The notes under the pieces were generated by a model. That model was not told the origin of the DNA. It worked only from the letters and a program-made list of their open reading frames with translations, and searched no databases. Below are positions 38,694-49,175 of a stretch of 49,304 bases of DNA, in pieces. Position 1 is the first letter of the stretch, and each line of letters starts with the position of its first letter. The translations under genes were made by a program, and so were the position numbers. Origin of the DNA: Planctomycetota bacterium. GTDB lineage: Bacteria > Planctomycetota > Planctomycetia > Pirellulales > UBA7805. The stretch is from positions 1-49,304 of the forward strand of contig JAYYJN010000109.1 in assembly GCA_036146215.1 (NCBI GenBank), written 5' to 3'.

Positions 38694-39760
38694 GGCTTGC
38701 TGAAGTCCGCCGGTTGAAGATTTCTATTTACCCAATCCTCATCAGTTCGAAATCCAAAGTCACTCGGATCATACGGTGGCACAAGATCTACGCGGAGACC
38801 TCGCGTCGGAATTGATTTTTCCATTCCACATCCCCAAAAAATTCCTTGGACGATCAATCTCCGTAAACCTTCCGATAAAAAGTCAGTAGACGATCCCATC
38901 GTAGTATTGAATACCTTTCCAGTGCTACTCTGTGAACCGGGAAGTTGATAGCTTTTAGTCCACGCAATTGGCATCATTGGATTATTTTTTGTTCCTGCAA
39001 GTGGAGCATCGGTAGGTTTCATACCATCCAACACTTGCCCTAAAATTAGCGTTTGAGTGTCACCCGGAAGTGGCAACCGAACTCCATATACATCAGTCGG
39101 GCCCCAAATGTCTCCATCATTAATTCCTCGGACAATTGGGTTTTGTCGTTCACCCGGAGCGATCAGTCCACGAGTGCTTTCCTTTCGATGATCACCGTGG
39201 TGGGAAATCCATTTCTCGCCCAAAATCGCACGACCAAAACCGCCTCGCCAGAATTCCTTTTCCCCTTGATACCCGTTTCCATAATGAGCATACGGCTTGT
39301 CCACTGGTATATTAAATCCATGGGTTGCCGTTCGCATACCGACGACCGGGCCACCACGATGTAGAAAGTGATCGATCTCCTGCATTTGCGATTTCGGAAG
39401 GTCACGGAATCGAGTGGCGATGACCATCGCCTGAGCGTCCCGTAAATGATTCAGTCCAGGAATATTATGTCTAAAATTAGGATCAATTTTTTGCGTTTCT
39501 GGGCGGATCGCAAAAAGCACAACACAGTCAAAACCATGCTGCTGAGCAAGAATTTTAGCTAATTGTGGTAAAACCTCTTCTGATCGATATTCCTCATCAC
39601 CCGATATCAACACAATTTTTTTCCCAGTTCCGGGTCGACCCTCGCATCCACTCAAAGTAAGTATTTCAGCGGAATTCTCTATCGCTTCCAGGGAATCAAT
39701 CACCCCGGAAAATACCCACAAACAACAAATCAAAGATAAAATTTTTAAAGGCATTATCAA
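38690..39760 (-). CDS. ThuA-like domain exported protein
   Basis: Signal peptide; IVLISGDEEYRSEE, VVGMRTATH, PIAW, VFNTTMG. ATGA overlap with the larA-like gene. Confidence 0.75.
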   Translation of the reverse strand: MIMPLKILSLICCLWVFSGVIDSLEAIENSAEILTLSGCEGRPGTGKKIVLISGDEEYRSEEVLPQLAKILAQQHGFDCVVLFAIRPETQKIDPNFRHNIPGLNHLRDAQAMVIATRFRDLPKSQMQEIDHFLHRGGPVVGMRTATHGFNIPVDKPYAHYGNGYQGEKEFWRGGFGRAILGEKWISHHGDHRKESTRGLIAPGERQNPIVRGINDGDIWGPTDVYGVRLPLPGDTQTLILGQVLDGMKPTDAPLAGTKNNPMMPIAWTKSYQLPGSQSSTGKVFNTTMGSSTDFLSEGLRRLIVQGIFWGCGMEKSIPTRGLRVDLVPPYDPSDFGFRTDEDWVNRNLQPADFSKP

Positions 39761-39801
39761 TCAAATCTTTAAATATCTGAAACCACTAAATGATGGGTCG
39801 C

Positions 39802-41397
39802 TTATCTCCGCCAGGAAATCCATCGCGAAAATAGCCATTTGATTCCCGGTGTCAATCGATTGCGATTGTATTGATCTCCGAGACGACGGAATACTTCACT
39901 TTCTGTCGGATACGGAAAGATTGTCCCGGCCATTCTTTTTAATCCGATGTTGTTTGTCATTGCGAGCGACACGAATCCGATGAGTTCACCCGCATGCTTA
40001 CCCACTATTGTGCCTCCAATGATTTTATCAGAGTGCGGGCGAACATATAACTTAACGAATCCGTCGGTTTCGCCATCAAGGATGCAACGATCTACTCCGT
40101 TGAAAGATTGCATAAACGAATCAATTTTTATTCCGCGACGGGCAGCGGACCAGGGCTGGATACCGATTTGAGCGATTTCAGGAGCAGTGTAGGTGGACCA
40201 GGGAATCTGCAATCGACTCACGCGTCTCCGCAGTCCTAGAAGTGCGTTTCCTACGGCGATGCGTGCAAACGCATCGGCCGCGTGCGTAAATTGAAATTTA
40301 GAACAAACATCACCCGCCGCATAAATGCGACGATTGGTTGTCCGCAAACGGTCATCAACAACGACACCCCGATCGTTATCATAGTCCACCTTTGCTGCTT
40401 TGAGATTCAAACCTTCAGTGTTTGGCCTCCGCCCTGTGGCAAGTAGGATTCGATCGACATCAAAAAATAAGTTTGTTGAGGATTGATTAGCAGAAATAAG
40501 AATATTCTCAGGGCGCTGCTGAACGCCAATATTCCTTGCGTCTCCCACAAGTTGTACACCATCCTTCTCCAGAGCTTTCGTTACGATTGTCGCCGCATCC
40601 GGATCCTCCCGCGGGAGGATGCCTGCTTTTGAATGAAACAGAGTTACTTCTGAGCCAAAGCGGGCAAAGGCTTGTGCGAGTTCACACCCGATCGGTCCTC
40701 CGCCGATTATTCCAAGCCGAGCAGGCATGGTGTTCAAGGCAAATACATTTTCACTTGTTAGCGCATCGACGGTGTCGACACCCTGAATCGATGGAATACG
40801 CGGTCTTGCGCCCGTAGCAAGGATTGCACGCTTGAATCCAATCTGACTGCCTTCGATTGAAACGGATTTTGGTCCGGTGAATTCAGCGCTGCCGAAAAAT
40901 ATATCAACGCCGAGACGAGAGAATCGCTCTACGGAATCATTCACGCTTATTTCTGCCCGTAATCGCCTCATGCGTTGCATTACAGCAGAAAAATTCACTT
41001 CCGGTGCCGAATCACTTTGGACTCCAAAATGTGATGCATTAAAAAATGCCGCTGCAACCCGCGCGGATTGAAGCAATGCCTTAGACGGGACACATCCGGT
41101 ATTAAGGCAGTCTCCGCCGAGCGCATTGCGTTCGATCAACGCGACCCGGGCACCGAGACCAGCCGCGGCGGCTGCACTTACCAACCCTGCGGTTCCTCCA
41201 CCAATCACAACAAGATCATAGGGTCGCGAGGGAAAGGTGTTACTCCAGACCGTTGGTTGGACGTTACAAACACGCAAATTTTCATCGGTATCGATCGATG
41301 ACGAATCGGAATTATCCAAGATGATGCTCCGCGTAGGTGAAACGAAAATAGGCCACGTCTCATTCTCGGATCTCCTGTTCAAAAAGACAGTCTGCAA
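39802..41397 (-). CDS. FAD-dependent pyridine nucleotide-disulfide oxidoreductase (MerA/LpdA-like)
   Basis: GGGTAG, GGDCLNTGCVPSK, GGGPIGCE, IYAAGD, YPT. No C-terminal Cys pair. Start uncertain. Confidence 0.88.
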   Translation of the reverse strand: MQTVFLNRRSENETWPIFVSPTRSIILDNSDSSSIDTDENLRVCNVQPTVWSNTFPSRPYDLVVIGGGTAGLVSAAAAAGLGARVALIERNALGGDCLNTGCVPSKALLQSARVAAAFFNASHFGVQSDSAPEVNFSAVMQRMRRLRAEISVNDSVERFSRLGVDIFFGSAEFTGPKSVSIEGSQIGFKRAILATGARPRIPSIQGVDTVDALTSENVFALNTMPARLGIIGGGPIGCELAQAFARFGSEVTLFHSKAGILPREDPDAATIVTKALEKDGVQLVGDARNIGVQQRPENILISANQSSTNLFFDVDRILLATGRRPNTEGLNLKAAKVDYDNDRGVVVDDRLRTTNRRIYAAGDVCSKFQFTHAADAFARIAVGNALLGLRRRVSRLQIPWSTYTAPEIAQIGIQPWSAARRGIKIDSFMQSFNGVDRCILDGETDGFVKLYVRPHSDKIIGGTIVGKHAGELIGFVSLAMTNNIGLKRMAGTIFPYPTESEVFRRLGDQYNRNRLTPGIKWLFSRWISWRR

Positions 41398-41405
41398 GAC
41401 AAGGA

Positions 41406-41482
41406 CGGACGAAAATTATCCATAAAAACAACATAATTCAATCATTTTGAGCTGTTTTCTCCCGCTGGACCAACCGTGTCCA
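41406..41482. promoter_or_regulatory. Two GGAC-N7-(G/A)TCC palindromes, candidate WYL-regulator operators
   Basis: TGGAC-CAACCGT-GTCCA (41466-41482, perfect) and CGGAC-GAAAATT-ATCCA (41406-41422, degenerate), 60 bp apart, upstream of the ECF-WYL pair. Confidence 0.5.
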
Positions 41483-41532
41483 CTCGCTAGCGAAATTAAA
41501 GAACAGCAAACAAAACCCAGGGAGAAACAACA

Positions 41533-42162
41533 ATGCGAGCCACATTCTCAAACTATGACAAATCCAGAACCGAGTCCTCGTTGATCGAAGAATTCTACAG
41601 GGGTGAAGAATCCGCTTTTGCGACTCTTGCAGAACGATTGTATCCACAACTGAAAGGCTTGGCTCTGAGTCGAATCCCGCGCGATGAAGTCGGTCGATAC
41701 CAACTGGCAGAAGATCTTGTCCAAGAAACATTGATACGTGTGGCGCGGACTAAAGATCGTAGCCGGACACGTTGGCAACCTGACAAGAGTTCGGTTTCCA
41801 CCTGGGCCGGTACAATTCTTAAAAATCTAATTTCTAGCCACCTCAGAACAAAAAAAAATAGGATTCGCGTTACGAGTGACCTCTGGTCTGATTCTAAAGA
41901 ATTCGAAAGCGATCGAATCGAAAACAGTTTGGTCGACTATCGTCGAATCGCTACGGACCAACGACCTCACGACGTTTTTGAGCGAGACACATGGCAGCAA
42001 GCGATTGATGCACTCCCTCGTAAATTTCACATCTTAATTAATTTGCAACTGGAAGGAAAAAGCCATAGAGAAATAGCCTCTTGTCTTGGAATCTCACGGT
42101 CAACAGTAACCTACCGGATAAAAAGCGCAACCAAACTTCTCAGGAAAACTGCTGCTGCTTGA
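41533..42162 (+). CDS. ECF-type sigma-70 factor
   Basis: Region 2 AEDLVQETLIRV...STW...KN; region 4 AIDALP...EGKSHREIASCLGISRSTVTYRI; GGAG RBS. Confidence 0.9.
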   Translation: MRATFSNYDKSRTESSLIEEFYRGEESAFATLAERLYPQLKGLALSRIPRDEVGRYQLAEDLVQETLIRVARTKDRSRTRWQPDKSSVSTWAGTILKNLISSHLRTKKNRIRVTSDLWSDSKEFESDRIENSLVDYRRIATDQRPHDVFERDTWQQAIDALPRKFHILINLQLEGKSHREIASCLGISRSTVTYRIKSATKLLRKTAAA

Positions 42163-42250
42163 ACGGTTGAATTTGAACCAATTCCTTTTTGAGTGAAAAC
42201 AATTTAAAATTCTTTTGTTTCGTGATTTGCTCACTTGGAAAGGATGATCA

Positions 42251-43300
42251 ATGGCCCCATCCATGCAACGGGGAAAGCAAACAGCTCGCCAGTTTAAGGT
42301 TTTGGAGTTACTCGAAAATTCGCGGTTTGGAATGACAACTCGAGAAATTCGAGACGAGGTTATTGAATCACTAGGACTCTCATCCCTCCACGAAAAAACT
42401 ATTAAGAGAGATTTGGAGCATTGGCGACAACTGGGTTATCCCATTGAGCAGCACGACACAGCAAATCCGGACCGCCCTAAAATCTGGATATTGGACAAAA
42501 CTCGGCGAAAAATTCCACGGTTACCGATCGGTGTTATTGAATTGCTTGCATTTTCAGCTGGAAGGGAACTTCTTTATCCACTGGCTGGGACACCCTACTG
42601 GGATGGAATTCAACGTCTTTGGGAACGGATGCGCGATAGTACGTCTCCGGAAGTCCTTGCACATCTGGACCGCCAGCGGGCCGGATTCATTGTCCGTGGC
42701 CACGGGCCGGGAAATTACGCGAAAAAAGAGGGAATCCTTTCCTCGCTAAACCGAGCCACTTTTGAACATCGCCTGATCAAGGTTCGTTACCAAGGACTAG
42801 GAAAAAACGGTGCCCGCAATCGGATTATAGCACCACACGCGATTTGCCTGTTTGACGGAAGTATTTATATTTTGGCCGCGGATGTGCCATCGGCAAACGA
42901 GCAGATTCACCCAAAGGGTCCGATCAAGTCATTCAGATTGGATCGCATCACAGCAGTTTCCTTTATCGATCGTCGATTCGTACCCCAGCGAAATTTTGAT
43001 CCTGATGCGCATTTTGATAACAGCATTGGTATTTTTCGGAACAACAAGCCGAAAAAGTTCCGCATACGTATAACGAGCCAATTTGCCGAACTGGCGGCAG
43101 AAATTTTAAAACACCCAAAACAACGAATCCGTGAACAAAAGGACCAATCAGTGATAATTGAAATTGAGGAGGCTTACGAAGAAGAAATACTTCCACGGGT
43201 GTTGTCGCTAGGTGAACATGCCGAAATTTTATCTCCTAAATCTTGCCGAGAGAAAATGGTTAAAACGGCAAAAATCTTACTCGAAAAATACGGCGACTAG
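42251..43300 (+). CDS. HTH-WYL-WCX transcriptional regulator (PafB/C, DriD, YafY-like)
   Basis: N-terminal wHTH (KTIKRDL), WYL core (VRY...RIIAPH...IYILA...SFRLDRI), WCX tail (LSLGEHAEILSPKSCR); GGAAAGGA RBS. Confidence 0.92.
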   Translation: MAPSMQRGKQTARQFKVLELLENSRFGMTTREIRDEVIESLGLSSLHEKTIKRDLEHWRQLGYPIEQHDTANPDRPKIWILDKTRRKIPRLPIGVIELLAFSAGRELLYPLAGTPYWDGIQRLWERMRDSTSPEVLAHLDRQRAGFIVRGHGPGNYAKKEGILSSLNRATFEHRLIKVRYQGLGKNGARNRIIAPHAICLFDGSIYILAADVPSANEQIHPKGPIKSFRLDRITAVSFIDRRFVPQRNFDPDAHFDNSIGIFRNNKPKKFRIRITSQFAELAAEILKHPKQRIREQKDQSVIIEIEEAYEEEILPRVLSLGEHAEILSPKSCREKMVKTAKILLEKYGD

Positions 43301-43430
43301 TCGCTCAGTATTTTTGAATGAAAATATCGAAAACGCTTGCCTTATCGATCTAGCGACTCACGGATATACTAATTGCATTAAGTCCAGCTCTGTTACTTTG
43401 CATTCATTATCATGAGTTCCGATTAAAATC

Positions 43431-45476
43431 ATGCCAATCAATGTGCTACGCTTCGGTCTTTTCTTGACGTTAGCTGCTAGTGGGGTGTCATTTTTTCCAG
43501 CCACGATGATCGCCCAAGAAAACACATTGCGACAATCGAATAATATTGAATCAATTTCGCTGGAGAAGATAAACGGCGAAATGCAGAGCGTTGGAACTTT
43601 GTCAGATAAGCCTTATCTGGCGGTTATATTTTTGGGCACAGAGTGTCCACTCGTGAAAATTTATCTGCCGAAACTCGGCATGATTTCAGAAAGTTTTCAG
43701 GACCTCGTTGACGTTATTGGAGTAAATGCTAACAGTCAGGATACGCGGAAAGAAGTAAATACATTTGTCAAAAATAATAAGATTTCTTTTCCAGTTTACA
43801 AAGATCCGAAAGGTCAACTTGCGACAGCATTGGGAGCAACACGGACTCCCGAAGCTTTGATCATCAATCGGCAGGGTGATATTCTTTATCGGGGTCGCAT
43901 TGATGATCAATATGGGGTTGGTTATGCCCGTGATGCCCCTGGAAAGGAATATCTGAAGGAGGCCTTCAAGCAACTCCGACAGGGTCAGCCGATCAGTATT
44001 CCACGTACGGAAGCTGTAGGATGTTTTATCGGCAGAAATTATTCTTCACACAGACGGTCAGGAAGTGTGACCTATCAGAATCGCATCGCGGCGATTATGG
44101 ACAAACATTGTATTGAATGTCATCGAGAAGGAGAAATCGGTCCCTTTTCCTTGACAAATTATGATGATGTTGCTGCATGGTCCGAGACCATCGGGTAGGT
44201 AATTGAACAAGGCCGCATGCCTCCATGGCATGCGAATCCGGCACATGGATCATTCTCTAACGCGCGACAGATGAATTTGGAGGAGCGCGAATTGGTTGCC
44301 CGGTGGATCGACGATGGATGCCCCCAGGGAACGGAAGCGTTTGTGCCGGCAGAGCGGGCAGCGGTATCGGAATGGCAACTCGATCGTCCGCCCGAGTTGA
44401 TTTTCACGATGCGGGATGCTCCCTTCCAGGTACCCGCAGATGGTACGGTGGAATATCAATATTTTGTGGTCGATCCCAAATTTACGGAAGATCGTTGGGT
44501 AACCGGTGCAGAGGTTCTGCCTGGAAATCGGAGCGTTGTGCATCACGCGATCGTGTTCATTAGCGCTCCTGGACAGCAAGATGCTGACAATTACGGTTGG
44601 CTAGCTGCTTATGTTCCGGGACAGCGTATCACAGCTTTAAAGCCAGGACAGGCACGCAGGATACCGGCGGGAAGCCGATTCATTTTCCAAATGCACTACA
44701 CCCCTAACGGATCGATCCAAGAAGATCAGACAAAAATTGGACTTGTTTTTACGAGTTCGGACAAAGTGGATGAAGAGGTGATGACACTCATTTCCGCAAA
44801 TCGTCACTTTAAAATACCACCTGGCAATTCGAATTATCGCGTTGACTCAGCACTGACTGAGTTTCCAGAGAATGCAAAACTCACTGCTCTCACTCCGCAT
44901 ATGCACCTGCGCGGTAAATCGTTTCGAATCACTGGTCACAATCAGGCAGATGATAAAACCATCCTTTTGGATGTTCCTCAATACGATTTCAATTGGCAAC
45001 ATGTTTACCGGCTTGCCGAACCTTTACTCCTAAACAAACTTAAACAGATCGAATGTACCGCACATTTTGACAATTCATCAGGCAATGTTGTTAATCCGGA
45101 TGCGTCTTCGACGGTACGCTGGGGTGATCAGAGTTGGGAGGAAATGATGATTGCATTTTTTGAAGTATCAGTGCCACGCAATCAGAATCACAGTCGATTG
45201 AAAAAAGAAAACAAAGAAGAGGCGGATAAACAAAATCAACGTACTCGAGCCAATAAGCTTGCTGCCGAATGGATGAATAAATGGGATCGCGACGGTGATT
45301 CACAGGTACAACGCAATGAGGTGGGCGAATCATTCCGACGCTTTGCGTTCGCGGTAATTGATCGCAATCAAGATCAGCAAATTAGTCTACAAGAAACTGC
45401 ATCCTATATTTCCGAATCGCTCACAGAAGATAAAAAACGAGAAGATCTGCGCAAACTATTGGATCAGTTAAAATAA
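43431..45476 (+). pseudogene. Redoxin + CxxCH + Cu-monooxygenase-like + EF-hand protein interrupted by an in-frame TAG at 44196-44198
   Basis: ORFs 43431-44198 and 44217-45476 share a frame and read WSETIG*VIEQGRMPPW. Motifs: GTECP, TRTPE, YRGRIDDQ, CIECH, VVHH, QMHY, PHMHLRG, YDFNWQ, EEM, DRDGD/DRNQD EF-hands. Confidence 0.8.
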
Positions 45477-45558
45477 TTACTTTCGACTTCTTTTGCGATA
45501 AGCAGGTTTTCATGATCCATGGCGCGGATGAATCTCGCCAAGGTATATTTAGATCATC

Positions 45559-47844
45559 GTGCAATTAGTAACACGTTATGCCGATTGGGTCATCGCGCAC
45601 CCCAAACTAATCTGGGGTATTATTCTGGCCATCAGTTTACTTGCATTATGGCCAAGTCTTTCGCCGCGGCCCGGTGCAGCGCATATTCCACTGCAAGACC
45701 TTGAAATTACAAAAGCGTCAACAGGCGAGGAAATATTTCGGCCTGACAGAGCCGATAGTTTTATCGTAATCCGCTCCTCGGACTTATTCGCTCCCTCAAG
45801 CATTCAGGCTCTCCGGAGCCTCGTGGCCAGTATTGAAAATTTGCCGTACATTCAGAGCGTGTTCTGGATCGAGGATCTTCCACCCCTCAACATATTTGGA
45901 TTATCACCAGCTTGGATTCCGGACGATACGGCAGAAGTATCCGAATACCGGGAGGCCAAAGCGCGTATTCTTAAGCACCCGTTGGTATACGGTCAACTAA
46001 TCTCTCCCGATGCGACGACTCTATTGCTACCGATACGTTATGACTGGATGGGAATCCAGCAAGATGAAGACTGCACTGTTAATTTATTAGCCGCAAGTCA
46101 GACCGCAGTGGATGCATTTCCTACAGATTTTGAAATTGAAATTACCGGACGCGTCCCACTTTATCTGGCTGCTCAAAAGGCATTCCGCGATAACCATCGA
46201 AAATTCCAAATTATCAGCTACATCTTAGTTTTCTTTATCGCGACCGCGCTGTTTCGGGACGTCGGCACCATCATGATTGTTGGTGCCGTACCCGCGATAA
46301 GTATGTTTTGGACTGCAGGAGCATTAGATTTACTATCGATACAGGGTAATGACTTAACCTCTGTCGTACTCCCTGTATTGATCACCATGGTTGGATTGAC
46401 GGATGGTGTCCACCTGATGGTGGTTTTTCGTAAACATTGGACGAGTGGCCAAAATCGGTTCGCGGCTTTGCACCAAGCGATTGGAGCGGTCGGCGTAGCG
46501 TGCTTGTTAACTTCGATTACCACCGCTGTCGGATTCGGCTCTTTATTACTTGCCCGCTCCACACCGATTCGGGATTTCGGAATTGCCTGTAGTGTTGGTG
46601 TTCTAGTGACATTTGTCGCCGTATTGACGATCATCCCTGCCCTGACAATATCTCGCCTTGGAAAACTGGTTGGTCATGTAAAAACTAACCACCGTCCGTT
46701 CGAACTTACAAAATTCAATCAGTTGTTAAATTTTATTTTACACCGTTATAGATCGATCAGTATGCTGGGTGCACTCTTGACCATTCTTTGCATAGCTGTT
46801 TCCTTATCCCTTAAGCCGGATGCCCGCACGATCAATGCGCTTCCGGCGGACAGTCCAGCAACCCGTGCTTTGCAACACTGTAATGAGTCGATGGGTGGAA
46901 TCGATTTTGTGAAAGTAACCGGTGAATTTCCAAACTCAAGTTCAGAGACGGATGTTCATTTTTTGGAAGTCATTAATGAAATAAATAAATTTTTATCTCA
47001 CGAGTCACTACTTCGTCACCCATTGTCGATTCAGGATTTATTAGATTCTCTTGGAAGAAAACCATCGAATAAATCGATGGATTACGTTGAATTACTGTCG
47101 CCCGGCGTTCGCAGTGTTTTCCTGAACCAGTCTCGTGATCAGATCCAGATATACATCCGCACGCAGGATCTCGGCGCCGCAATTTATGCGCCCATTTTTG
47201 CAAGACTTAACAAAAAACTTGAGAACTTGGAAGATGCGTATCCTGGCCTGGAACTTAAGCTAAGCGGGATTCCGGTAAAAACATCACGGGATGTTTCGCT
47301 CATTGTCTATGACTTAGTTGCCAGTCTAGGCACGGCGTCGATCATCATTCTTGTTGTGATGATTATTTTTTATCGATCATGGAGAATCGGCCTGGTGACC
47401 ATTATCCCAAATCTTTTTCCTCTCGCATTAACCGGCGCACTGCTTGTTGCGACAGATCAAAATTTGGCAATTGTTAGCGTATGTGCGCTCGCAGTTTGTA
47501 TAGGTATCGCAGTGGATGATTCGATTCATTTTTTAACGCGGTTCCGCCAAGAACTAGAAAAAGGATTTGATGTCGAATCTGCAATTCGTTCGACATTTTT
47601 CGGTGTTGGCGGCGCGTTGGTGATAACCACCCTCATCCTAATTTCAGGATTTGCAACAGTGCTTATCAGCCCGTTGCCAACTCACCGAATGTTCTCGATG
47701 ATGGCATGTGCGACGATAGGCGGTGCGCTTGTCGGCGACCTGTTATTTCTTCCCGCACTTCTGAAATGGTTGATCCGTCAACCTTCAGATATCCTGCATA
47801 TCCCTACGATGCAGGGAGAAGATCGGAATAGACATCCTGATTAA
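45559..47844 (+). CDS. MMPL/RND family transporter
   Basis: Two TM repeats with GLTDGVH...[12 protein letters not shown] and GIAVDDSIH...TTLIL..GF motifs. Confidence 0.9.
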   Translation: MQLVTRYADWVIAHPKLIWGIILAISLLALWPSLSPRPGAAHIPLQDLEITKASTGEEIFRPDRADSFIVIRSSDLFAPSSIQALRSLVASIENLPYIQSVFWIEDLPPLNIFGLSPAWIPDDTAEVSEYREAKARILKHPLVYGQLISPDATTLLLPIRYDWMGIQQDEDCTVNLLAASQTAVDAFPTDFEIEITGRVPLYLAAQKAFRDNHRKFQIISYILVFFIATALFRDVGTIMIVGAVPAISMFWTAGALDLLSIQGNDLTSVVLPVLITMVGLTDGVHLMVVFRKHWTSGQNRFAALHQAIGAVGVACLLTSITTAVGFGSLLLARSTPIRDFGIACSVGVLVTFVAVLTIIPALTISRLGKLVGHVKTNHRPFELTKFNQLLNFILHRYRSISMLGALLTILCIAVSLSLKPDARTINALPADSPATRALQHCNESMGGIDFVKVTGEFPNSSSETDVHFLEVINEINKFLSHESLLRHPLSIQDLLDSLGRKPSNKSMDYVELLSPGVRSVFLNQSRDQIQIYIRTQDLGAAIYAPIFARLNKKLENLEDAYPGLELKLSGIPVKTSRDVSLIVYDLVASLGTASIIILVVMIIFYRSWRIGLVTIIPNLFPLALTGALLVATDQNLAIVSVCALAVCIGIAVDDSIHFLTRFRQELEKGFDVESAIRSTFFGVGGALVITTLILISGFATVLISPLPTHRMFSMMACATIGGALVGDLLFLPALLKWLIRQPSDILHIPTMQGEDRNRHPD

Positions 47845-49175
47845 TCGCCAGAATTATCAATCGATACATGTACTGTTGGACGACCAATCGAATAATACGT
47901 AAATCCCGCAGATTGCATCTGTTCACCATTAAAAATATTTCGACCGTCAAACACTACCGGTTGCCTCATCCTGGACTTCATTTCTGCATAATCAGGCGTC
48001 CGAAATTCACCCCATTCGGTCATAATCGCAACCGCATCAACACCATTCAGTGCATCCAACTGGCGGTCACAATAAGTCAAGCGATCGCCATACTTCTCAC
48101 AAACATTACTCATCGCTTCGGGATCGTGGACGCATAATTCACAACCCGCTTCCAATAAGCGATCAATAAGCACCAATGCCGGTGCTTCTCGAATATCATC
48201 GGTTTTTGGTTTGAAGGCCAATCCCCAAACACCTATCTTTTTTCCATCGAGATCATTATCAAAATGTTGTTGAATAAGCCCCGGCACCAATTCCTTTTGG
48301 ACGGTATTCACCCGATCTACCGCCTGTAATATTTGGGCATCAATATTTTGACTTTTTGCCAAATAATCGAGTGCCCGCACATCTTTTGGAAAACAACTTC
48401 CACCATAACCCACACCTGGAAACAGAAATGCAAAACCAATCCGACTATCGTGCCCGATTCCTCGGCGAACATCATCAATATTCGCGTCCGTGGCCGAACA
48501 TATTCCAGACATTTCATTGATAAAACTTATTTTTGTGGCTAGCAGAGCATTCGCCACATATTTTGTCATTTCTGCGCTTTCAGGCGACATTGTGAGAAAA
48601 GGTTTTTCAGTGCGAAGAAAGGGTGCATAAAGGCGTCTGAGAATCTCTCCATCTTCCTCGCTTCGAACCCCGACAACGACACGATCGGGTTTCATAAAGT
48701 CATCAATGGCTGCACCTTCTTTTAAGAACTCTGGATTACTTGCGACCCGACAATCGCGACCTGTATTCTGCTTGAGTCGTGAAAGAATTTGTGCGTTTGT
48801 ACCAACCGGAACAGTGCTCTTGGTAACAGTAATTGCATTTTCATTCAGATATGGTGCAATCGAATCGACAACGGCCCACAAGGCAGTAAGGTCTGCCGCA
48901 CCGGATTCGGACATCGGGGTCCCCACCGCAAGATAGACCAACTGTGCCGGAGGAACAGCGACCGAAACAGCCGTTGTAAACTGGAGTCGTCCAGAGGCAA
49001 TATTTCGTTCGATTAATTCGCCCAATCCCGGCTCGTAGATAGGAACTTCGCCGCTGCGCAACCGTTCGATTTTTGTCTGGTCAATGTCGACACATACGAC
49101 ATCGTTACCGCTTTCAGCAAAACAGGTCCCTGTCACCAAGCCAACATACCCAGTTCCGATGACGGCAATTTTCAT
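47841..49175 (-). CDS. ugd: UDP-glucose 6-dehydrogenase
   Basis: [48 protein letters not shown]. Confidence 0.96.
   Translation of the reverse strand: MKIAVIGTGYVGLVTGTCFAESGNDVVCVDIDQTKIERLRSGEVPIYEPGLGELIERNIASGRLQFTTAVSVAVPPAQLVYLAVGTPMSESGAADLTALWAVVDSIAPYLNENAITVTKSTVPVGTNAQILSRLKQNTGRDCRVASNPEFLKEGAAIDDFMKPDRVVVGVRSEEDGEILRRLYAPFLRTEKPFLTMSPESAEMTKYVANALLATKISFINEMSGICSATDANIDDVRRGIGHDSRIGFAFLFPGVGYGGSCFPKDVRALDYLAKSQNIDAQILQAVDRVNTVQKELVPGLIQQHFDNDLDGKKIGVWGLAFKPKTDDIREAPALVLIDRLLEAGCELCVHDPEAMSNVCEKYGDRLTYCDRQLDALNGVDAVAIMTEWGEFRTPDYAEMKSRMRQPVVFDGRNIFNGEQMQSAGFTYYSIGRPTVHVSIDNSGD

Noticed and set aside
39802-41397. Mercury resistance (merA) locus
   Set aside because: No C-terminal Cys-Cys, no N-terminal HMA domain and no merR/T/P nearby; it is a generic flavin disulfide reductase.
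42251-43300. WYL gene as marker of an anti-phage defence island (BrxR/CapW type)
   Set aside because: No restriction-modification, BREX, CBASS, toxin-antitoxin or mobile genes are adjacent; neighbours are housekeeping or metabolic.
44196-44198. Genome-wide TAG reassignment
   Set aside because: TAG ends several genes at their expected C-termini (ilvB-like, iscS, acylase, NUDIX, WYL), and no other gene shows internal TAGs.
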